Positions 17,123-25,074 of a stretch of 25,074 nt of DNA are shown in pieces. The notes below the pieces were generated by a model. That model did not search any database and was not told the DNA's origin. It saw only the letters and a program-made list of their open reading frames with translations. The position numbers and the translations under genes are program-made. The stretch is from Ignavibacteriales bacterium. GTDB lineage: Bacteria; Bacteroidota; Ignavibacteria; UBA10030; UBA6906. The stretch lies in contig JBBIRR010000052.1 of assembly GCA_037441705.1 (NCBI GenBank), positions 1 through 25,074 of the forward strand. The letters are read 5' to 3'. How positions within the stretch are numbered: the stretch's first letter is position 1; each line of letters opens with the position of its first letter.

Positions 17123-17753
17123 GAAAACAACGCTTGAAACTCTCATAAGCATTTACTATCCTTAAGCCGTACGCCGCTTCCCCAGCGGCACCGCGACACA
17201 GGCGGTTCTGGCCAGAGCTTACTGTGGTTCTCTCCACCCGCAACGACGAGGTCATCGTCGTGCGCCGCGGCATGTACGCAATCCCCAGGCACGTGTCTCC
17301 AGGGTACTCAGACATGTGTGTGCACAGACCACTTCGGGAGTTCGGAACCTCCAGCCGATGATGAATCGGCGGATCTTCGTTCAGACGAAAAAGGAAAGAG
17401 CCGTGCGCTTGCGTCTTGCCCTTCGGTCCGAAAGATCCCGCGGTAGCATCACGCTGATCTCCAGGTACCACCCCTCGTCAGCTCTGCACCGCTGGATAAG
17501 AGTGTCCTCTCCGCCGTACTCCGTTTTTCCTCATCGAAAAATTGTTGACGAAGAGAGAAGCAAAATCAGTCGCAGCCGCCGTCACGCAAGAATGCTGAGC
17601 GGCGTTTTGCCTTTGGGGTTAGTCCTGGAGCCGAGACAAAACAACGAGACTCCTCAGGGACGGCGAGCTGCTCAACCGGGACACGTCGCCGAGAAACCGG
17701 AGAAACAAGTTCATTTGTTGAATGCGATCACATAAACGGAAAGGAGGAAGAAG

Positions 17754-18503
17754 ATGAGACTGGCGATCGAGTATGAGGTGGGGAGAGGAATTTTCCCGAA
17801 GGATTATCGAAGTGGAATACTCTCTCTGATAAAGAAAGCGATAACGCACACTCGTCCCGAATTGTATGAAGTGTACTACTCACGATGGCGATTGAAGCCA
17901 TTCACGTTTGCGGTGTATTTTCCGGAAATGAAAGGTTCGCACAACGGCGGGTTCGATGTTGGATCAAAACTTCGTCTGACAATTTCGACGTCTTCATTGG
18001 AATTGGGAACACATCTCTACAACGGTTTTCTAAGCCCGGCGCTCAAGAACTATCAGCTCTTTCAGACGCAGTCTGAGTATGCAACAACCCTTGAAAGGAA
18101 ACGGATCTCGTTACTTCCAGCGACAAGAATACACTCGACGGACGTTGTCTTTAAGACGGCGTCGCCCGTGTTGGTGAACCAGAAGCGCGAGAACAAAACA
18201 GACTGGTATCTCCTTCCATGGGACGATGGATTCCTGGACTCACTTCGATTCATAGTGAATGAAACGGCAAAAGAGTTTCTCCGCGGCTATAACGATGTTT
18301 CCGTTGAGTTCGATCCGATGGGAGAAGAAGCCAAAAAGTCCATCAAGCGAAAAGTGATCACGCACTATAATCAGAGCATGTCCACAATGGTTGGCGTTTT
18401 CAAACTCAAGAGCGATCCCGAAGTGCTACAACTCATTTACGATGTCGGTCTTGGCGTGCGGCGGAGCCAAGGCTTCGGGATGCTGGAGGTGGTAAAACAA
18501 TGA
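17754..18503 (+). CDS. cas6: CRISPR-associated endoribonuclease Cas6
   Basis: KPFTFAVYF, TASPVLV and C-terminal G-rich loop GLGVRRSQGFGM; AGGAGG RBS. Confidence 0.93.
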   Translation: MRLAIEYEVGRGIFPKDYRSGILSLIKKAITHTRPELYEVYYSRWRLKPFTFAVYFPEMKGSHNGGFDVGSKLRLTISTSSLELGTHLYNGFLSPALKNYQLFQTQSEYATTLERKRISLLPATRIHSTDVVFKTASPVLVNQKRENKTDWYLLPWDDGFLDSLRFIVNETAKEFLRGYNDVSVEFDPMGEEAKKSIKRKVITHYNQSMSTMVGVFKLKSDPEVLQLIYDVGLGVRRSQGFGMLEVVKQ

Positions 18504-19618
18504 ATGCGATGATAACACTCTATCCCTCGAACTGGTTGTATAATGCTGGGGTGGTTGGATTTCTCCGCTCTCTTATAGAGGTGGAGGAGGTTGATATTAA
18601 AGACGGAATGCTGTCGCAAAGCGGCGAATTGCATATTCCAATGCCGTTCTTTTCGCAACTACAGGTTAAAGATCGTTACTTTGGTGAAAAGAAAATCGCT
18701 TCGATAGTGGGAAAGAGCACTTTGTATAGGAATTATCTTCAGGCCAACCAAAAAGAGTTCTTTGCTGACTTTGTTAAATCACTTGATTCTGTGGCTCCAT
18801 CTAATCAATGCAATATGTGCGGAATGGGGTGGTCGTTGGAAGCCCATGAGGTTGCGAAACTGAAGAAGGGAGATCCGGGTACTGCCAAGTTTCTTGACAG
18901 GATCAAGAACTTTAACATAGTTCATAACTCTTTGATTGGTCCATCAATAAACGAGTTCCCAAATGCCTTTTGGAGTTTGAGGCAGAGTGCAGCAGTATGC
19001 TATCTATGTAGCTTTCTGATCATCCACCACCATCTCGCCCTCACTCGTCTTTCCGACAATTCTGAAATCTTCATCAATGCTCCATCCTTCAAGGTTATGT
19101 ATCATCTCAACGAATTCGCGAAAGAAACTTTTGGCGCAACGTCCTCGCAAGAGGCACGCGGGAAGAGAGAGATTCTGGCTATGTCGGTAATCGAGTATGC
19201 CACAAAGCTCCAAACGAGTCTAGGCGTTTGGACAGGAATGAATATCGAGGTCGTAACCCGGCGCGGCGGAGAGATCGAATTCTTCAGCCTGCCTTATGAG
19301 GTCATTGAGCTTCTTGCGGACCGGCGACTCGCTTCGCTCCTCAGCCAGATCGGGGAGTTCGCCATCTTGAATTTTGTCCTCAATCAGGATTTCTCGCGCC
19401 TTGTTGAGTTGGGCTATCGCCTCCTGCGCATTGGACTTAAAACGTACGGGGAGTGGGGAAAGGCAGAGAGAGACTTCGTCAACCAGGAACTGAGACTGGG
19501 CAAAAACAGGCAAAACCCAGCACGGGTGGCAGAGCAGATCTTTCAGCTCTCCGCCCTCATCGAAGAACAACGTAAAAGGAGGGAAACCCATGAACGCATT
19601 GGCCTCATCCGAAGTTAA
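18500..19618 (+). CDS. cas8b1: Type I-B large subunit Cas8b1/Cst1 (CXXC-CXXC type), lacking the usual C-terminal small-subunit domain
   Basis: N-terminal YPSNWLYNAGVVGF; CNMC and CYLC pairs; FPNAFW and IFINAPSF; ATGA overlap with cas6. Confidence 0.8.
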   Translation: MNAMITLYPSNWLYNAGVVGFLRSLIEVEEVDIKDGMLSQSGELHIPMPFFSQLQVKDRYFGEKKIASIVGKSTLYRNYLQANQKEFFADFVKSLDSVAPSNQCNMCGMGWSLEAHEVAKLKKGDPGTAKFLDRIKNFNIVHNSLIGPSINEFPNAFWSLRQSAAVCYLCSFLIIHHHLALTRLSDNSEIFINAPSFKVMYHLNEFAKETFGATSSQEARGKREILAMSVIEYATKLQTSLGVWTGMNIEVVTRRGGEIEFFSLPYEVIELLADRRLASLLSQIGEFAILNFVLNQDFSRLVELGYRLLRIGLKTYGEWGKAERDFVNQELRLGKNRQNPARVAEQIFQLSALIEEQRKRRETHERIGLIRS

Positions 19619-20111
19619 TCTGGAGCAGAGACTCCAAGAACTGGAAGAGCAATTAAAAGCGGGCATTGTTAATGCCGAGCAATTTCGCCAAGCTCACCAG
19701 AAGCTGAGGGAGTCGAGTCGCAGGCTTCAAGAACTGCTGCAGTGGGCTGCGGAACAGCATAGAGACGATAATGAGCTTAAGAGTTTGTATCGCCAGGTAG
19801 CCGGCTGGAACGCTTCCGATCTCATTGAGAGTTTGAAGAGAACTGGGTTCGCCCTCAAGCAAGATCGAGACTTCATAGATGATAAAGATGCTTTTGATCG
19901 TCAGGGATACCGGATATTGGAGCTTGTGCGGGCGGGAAAACGGGATGAAGCCTTTCACGCCATCCTGCGCATCTTCGTATCGGCAAAAAAGGAATTTCCG
20001 GTTCATCTCGTGGAGACCTTTAAGCCCATCTATTCCGATGAACTCTTCAAGGTTTTTCTGTTCTCGTTCCTCAGCGGCATTTTAGGAAAAGAGCAAGAGA
20101 GCGAGCAATAA
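19590..20111 (+). CDS. Putative Cas11-like small subunit with N-terminal coiled-coil extension
   Basis: All-helical; C-terminal GYRILELVRAGKRDEAFHAILRIF...FLFSFLSGILG resembles the C-terminus of Cst1/Cas8b; lies between cas8 and cas7; AGGAGGG RBS. Confidence 0.65.
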   Translation: MNALASSEVNLEQRLQELEEQLKAGIVNAEQFRQAHQKLRESSRRLQELLQWAAEQHRDDNELKSLYRQVAGWNASDLIESLKRTGFALKQDRDFIDDKDAFDRQGYRILELVRAGKRDEAFHAILRIFVSAKKEFPVHLVETFKPIYSDELFKVFLFSFLSGILGKEQESEQ

Positions 20112-21254
<1,143 letters not shown>

Positions 21255-21265
21255 GGAATAGTAAA

Positions 21266-22069
21266 ATGAACGCCCTTCGAATTCGCATCTACCAACCTCA
21301 AGCGCATTATCGGATTCCTTTCACCTATCAACGGCGGCACACGTATCCCATTCCGCCATACTCCACTGTGATCGGTTTTCTGTGCAATGTGCTTGGCATT
21401 GATGATCAATCAAAGCCCGAATACAAAAAGCTCAGAGGGATCAAAATCTCCATCGCCGGTCGCTTTGAAAGCAAGACCACCGAGTACATCTGGTTCCGAA
21501 ATCTTTCAAAGACCGCTCATGTAGGCCGTTTCGGATATGTTGAAAATCGGAGTGTGGGCGGGCATGTCGAGCACATCGGTGGACAAGTCCCCGTTCTCAT
21601 TGATGTCCTCGATAACGTACGGCTTATGATTCATCTGGCGCATGAAGATGAGACATTTTTGGGGTTCATGAAATCTTCGCTGGAAAATCCGGTTCGTAGG
21701 CTTGAGGTTCTCCATGTCGGTCGTGCCGAGGACTGGATCGTTATTGAGGAGCTGAGCGAAGTCTTTGATCTGAGAAAATTACAGCCTCGAAGGCGGGATG
21801 CCAATTATAGGCACTTTTTCTGGATACCGCAGAGAATGTTGCTCTCAAACGGCAATTCGAACGGTGTGAGCGGCTTCGACGAGCATGACGGGCTTCTCTA
21901 CAATCTGACCACGTTCTGGGAAGTGGCTGACTTCGCAACAACAAAAAATCGGCACGGGCAACGTCAGTTTGAATATCTGCGCACGAAACTCAATGATGGA
22001 CTCATCGCTGGGCAAACAATACTGTTTGATGAGGAAGTTCAACTACCTGTATTCTTGGCGGAATTATGA
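21266..22069 (+). CDS. cas5: Type I-B Cas5 protein
   Basis: IYQPQAHYRIP...TYPIPPYSTVIGFLCN and LHVGRAED; GAGGA RBS before ATG 21266 (GTG 21251 is an alternative). Confidence 0.92.
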   Translation: MNALRIRIYQPQAHYRIPFTYQRRHTYPIPPYSTVIGFLCNVLGIDDQSKPEYKKLRGIKISIAGRFESKTTEYIWFRNLSKTAHVGRFGYVENRSVGGHVEHIGGQVPVLIDVLDNVRLMIHLAHEDETFLGFMKSSLENPVRRLEVLHVGRAEDWIVIEELSEVFDLRKLQPRRRDANYRHFFWIPQRMLLSNGNSNGVSGFDEHDGLLYNLTTFWEVADFATTKNRHGQRQFEYLRTKLNDGLIAGQTILFDEEVQLPVFLAEL

Positions 22070-24867
22070 ACGCAAAAGAAACGACTATTCTGGCAAAGAG
22101 TGCCTCAAAGAGCAAAGGTGGCCCCGTCACGCTTTCAGAGCATACAAACCACTTGCTGGAGGCGTTCGAATATCTTCGAGCACAGTCGCTGAATGATAAA
22201 CTGCGGGCATATATTCGGCTGGCAATTCATTGTCACGACCTGGGCAAGGCGTTGCCTGCCTTTCAAATCCGAACGCTCGGCAACAAGCTCTATCTGCCAT
22301 TCGATGTCAGCCACAACATTCCTCATTCCCTCGTCTCTGTACTGCTTGTTAATCAGGATGCGCTTAAAAATAAGATCAAGGAAGTCAATGGTGACCATGA
22401 TGGCAGTGCGAAGCAGTTCATTCTTTCGGCAGTGGCATATCATCATTGGAGGGACAACTTCGCCGATTTGATTCAAGTCTACGATACCGAGTTTCGATTG
22501 CTGTGTGAGAAGATGCTAAACAACAAACACGATTTCACCGAAGCACTTGTTCGCAACTTGGCTCGGGAGTCGAAGAGCATCAACGGCTTCGATGAAGCTT
22601 TGCTCAGATTCAACGCTGAAATGGCTGAGGGAATACTCAACGGTGTTGCTTTTGCTAACTACGCCATTCCCCCATACCAATTGTACTGGTTGCCCAGGCG
22701 GGCCCAGATGCCTGAGCAGAGAACGAAAGAATGGATACTGATTTCCGGCTTCTTGATGCGCTGCGATCACTATGCCTCATTCTACGAAAAAGAAGGGGGA
22801 GAATTATCAGCGATCGACATGCCGATTGTGGAATTCAATTCTGTAAAGACAAATATCAAGAATAGGATCGAACAACAGGATGAACGAAAGGTATGGCAGC
22901 TTCAAGTCTGTACTGATAGGAAAAACAAGAACACAATCCTTATAGCACCAACTGGATTCGGCAAAACGGAGTTTGCATTCCTTTGGGGTTCCGACCAAAA
23001 GCTGTTCTACTCTCTACCCCTTTGCTCCGCTGTGAATCAGATATTCGATCGGGCGCGGAGTATCTTTTCCGCAAACTCTGTTGGCTTACTACACTCTGAC
23101 GCCGACGTTTACTTGCTCGGCGATGGTGGAGAGTCTGAACAACTCAAGCTGTATGATTTAGCCAGACAACTATCGAATCCAGTGATCGTCTCTACCGGAG
23201 ACCAGTTCTTCCCATATGCACTTCGCCCGCCTGGTTACGAGAAGATCTATGCAACATTTTCGTATTCAAAGTTGGTTATCGACGAAGTGCAAGCTTATGA
23301 TCCAAGGGCCGCAGCGATCATCATTAAGTTCATGAGAGATATTGATCGCATGGGTGGAAAGTTTCTTTTGATGACAGCTACACTCCCCAACTTCGTGCGC
23401 CAACAAATTCACGTTGATGTAGACGAGCTAAACATCTACAAAGAAAAAGAGACTCAACTGAGTGGCTTAGTCAAGAATAAGATAGAACTGAGACTTCTGG
23501 ACAAAAAGTCGGTGGAAAACAAACCATCGTTTGAACTTGGAGATGAAGAACTTACGCCTGTTATTAAGGAGGCAACGAAAAATGGGGGACAGCGCGTCCT
23601 CGTGATTCTCAACACTGTGAGGCAAGCGCAAAGCGTCTATTCCAAGTTGAAAAAGATGGTTGACGAATCTGACAACAAGTTGCTTTCAAACAACATTTGG
23701 TTGCTACATTCTCGCTTCACACTCAGCGACAGGCGTGACCGCGAAGTGAAGATGTGCGGAGATAGAAAAACCAGTACGAAAGGCGAATTTCAGAACCCGA
23801 AACCCCAGGATGAAAGGGTGCCCAAAATTCTTGTGGCAACTCAAGTGGTTGAAGCTTCATTGGATCTCGATGCGGATGTTCTTTTTACTGAACTAGCCCC
23901 AATGGATGCACTCGTGCAACGCATGGGAAGGGTGCTACGCCGGATTCGAATGACTGATGAAGGCGACATCATCGAGTCACGCGGGATCGGAAAAGAAGAA
24001 GAAAGCATATCACACGGCAAGAGCTATACTCACCCAGAACCGAATGTCTTTGTGTGGGTTTTCAAGGACGGATTCGAGTCTGGCAATTCACACGTGTATG
24101 AAAGAGAACTACTGGGCATTACACTGAAACTCCTCAGCATGACCAGTGAAGGAACGAACGAGGCAACCCCTGAAGATCTCTTATCGAAGTTACAAACATG
24201 GATTGGTGATACTGACTGGAAGGAGATCACAATTGGTGACAATGCTTTTGACATGGAAATTGAATCAAAGGGCAGGAAGGGTCGAAGCACCAAAATGCAG
24301 TCTAAGGAGAAAGCTACTGACAAGTCGCTTACGATTCCTGCCGGTTCTTTCCCGATATCAGAATTCGAGAAGTACAAACTCGTTGCTGTCCTCTATCAGG
24401 CTCTCAGCCCGAACGGCGAGTATCTCAAGAAGTTCTACGAGACACTTGACATCTTGGAAGCAGGTTATATGTCGGATAGGAGAGAGGACGCACATCGAAT
24501 CTTCAGGGAGATTTCAAGTCTCAGTGTGATTCCACTCGGAAAGGACGAGGATAGCACTAAGAAAGCGTTGAAAGAAGATATTCTGCAGTTCTTTTCGAAA
24601 AATAAAGATAAGGAACACCTGTACACGCGGTTCAAGAATCAAATCCTTGCGAAGTATGTCGTATGTATCCCAATGAATGCAAGGAAATTTCAACGCGTGA
24701 GTCGCTATCTTCCTGAACTCTGGGTGGAGGAGTTCGCTGATGAACAGCAGCGGGCTCAATTAGCGAGGTGGTTGCGGGGCATTTATTTCGTTGGGTATGA
24801 GTACAGACAAACGGAAGGAATCACGTGCGAGGGTACTTCTGACGCCAATGACCATGTGTTTCTATAA
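22066..24867 (+). CDS. cas3: CRISPR-associated helicase/nuclease Cas3 (HD plus SF2 helicase)
   Basis: TLSEHT, HCHDLGK, AYHH and RCDH (HD domain); APTGFGKT, IDEVQ, MTAT, LHSRF, ATQVVEASLDLD and QRMGR. Confidence 0.95.
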   Translation: MNAKETTILAKSASKSKGGPVTLSEHTNHLLEAFEYLRAQSLNDKLRAYIRLAIHCHDLGKALPAFQIRTLGNKLYLPFDVSHNIPHSLVSVLLVNQDALKNKIKEVNGDHDGSAKQFILSAVAYHHWRDNFADLIQVYDTEFRLLCEKMLNNKHDFTEALVRNLARESKSINGFDEALLRFNAEMAEGILNGVAFANYAIPPYQLYWLPRRAQMPEQRTKEWILISGFLMRCDHYASFYEKEGGELSAIDMPIVEFNSVKTNIKNRIEQQDERKVWQLQVCTDRKNKNTILIAPTGFGKTEFAFLWGSDQKLFYSLPLCSAVNQIFDRARSIFSANSVGLLHSDADVYLLGDGGESEQLKLYDLARQLSNPVIVSTGDQFFPYALRPPGYEKIYATFSYSKLVIDEVQAYDPRAAAIIIKFMRDIDRMGGKFLLMTATLPNFVRQQIHVDVDELNIYKEKETQLSGLVKNKIELRLLDKKSVENKPSFELGDEELTPVIKEATKNGGQRVLVILNTVRQAQSVYSKLKKMVDESDNKLLSNNIWLLHSRFTLSDRRDREVKMCGDRKTSTKGEFQNPKPQDERVPKILVATQVVEASLDLDADVLFTELAPMDALVQRMGRVLRRIRMTDEGDIIESRGIGKEEESISHGKSYTHPEPNVFVWVFKDGFESGNSHVYERELLGITLKLLSMTSEGTNEATPEDLLSKLQTWIGDTDWKEITIGDNAFDMEIESKGRKGRSTKMQSKEKATDKSLTIPAGSFPISEFEKYKLVAVLYQALSPNGEYLKKFYETLDILEAGYMSDRREDAHRIFREISSLSVIPLGKDEDSTKKALKEDILQFFSKNKDKEHLYTRFKNQILAKYVVCIPMNARKFQRVSRYLPELWVEEFADEQQRAQLARWLRGIYFVGYEYRQTEGITCEGTSDANDHVFL

Positions 24868-24942
24868 CTATGTAAGAAGAACGTCTGCCGCACCCATGCT
24901 CTACGTTGAATCCCAGGTAACCTTCATCCAATAATTTACAAG

Positions 24943-25038
24943 ACTGGTGTCGCGTCCTACATTAGCGCCAGTGCCTCTGAGGCAGGCGCGGCGGTTCAGA
25001 ATCAAACCGCCGGGTTGTAAATCGGAATGATATTCCGA
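24943..25038. repeat. Cluster of short palindromes downstream of cas3 (REP-like or terminator)
   Basis: ACTGGTG...CGCCAGT, TGCCTC-T-GAGGCA, CGGCGGTT...AACCGCCG and TCGGAAT-GAT-ATTCCGA; the units are unrelated to one another. Confidence 0.5.
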
Positions 25039-25074
25039 CCAGCCGGCTACGAAGTTGGATTGGCAATTATTGTC

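Noticed and set aside
17717-17732. CRP-like site GTTGA-N6-TCACA before cas6
   Set aside because: Left half-site is poor, it does not match the local TGTC/GACA motif, and it has no properly spaced -10 box
17316-17735. 139-aa ORF upstream of cas6 (and 17004..17471 on the minus strand)
   Set aside because: Arg/Ser-rich composition with no RBS or recognisable domain; probably non-coding, though a small accessory gene cannot be fully excluded
24868-25074. CRISPR array downstream of cas3
   Set aside because: The palindromes differ from each other and there is no repeat-spacer periodicity

Overview
A bacterial accessory region in three blocks. (1) About 76-14200: a cysteine-rich redox/metalloid island, mostly on the minus strand. 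It encodes arsS-like radical SAM and arsM-like methyltransferase genes, thioredoxin/glutaredoxin-fold proteins, a stand-alone NnrE-like protein, an outer-membrane barrel with a DUF3179 lipoprotein, AhpC/TSA-like and DsrE-like proteins, a DUF2652 cyclase-like protein, a YceI protein with NPCNPC repeats, a Trx-FGE fusion, a YHS protein and two paralogous Crp/Fnr regulators. Five intergenic TGTC-N8-GACA palindromes were found by eye. Each is centred exactly 29.5 bp upstream of the first base of a TAnnnT -10 box (class II, -41.5 geometry), and one serves two divergent promoters. This defines a probable local Crp regulon with CooA-like DNA recognition. A roughly 110-120 bp structured non-coding element occurs twice in this block. 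(2) About 14273-17122: a GC-rich beta-propeller/DUF1801/MoaD-like module and a DUF2975 gene. (3) 17754-24867: a lower-GC type I-B (Cst1/Cst2-like) CRISPR interference operon, cas6-cas8-cas11-cas7-cas5-cas3, with a separately encoded Cas11-like subunit. No cas1/2/4 or CRISPR array is visible in the window. Family calls come from recognised motifs, not database searches.
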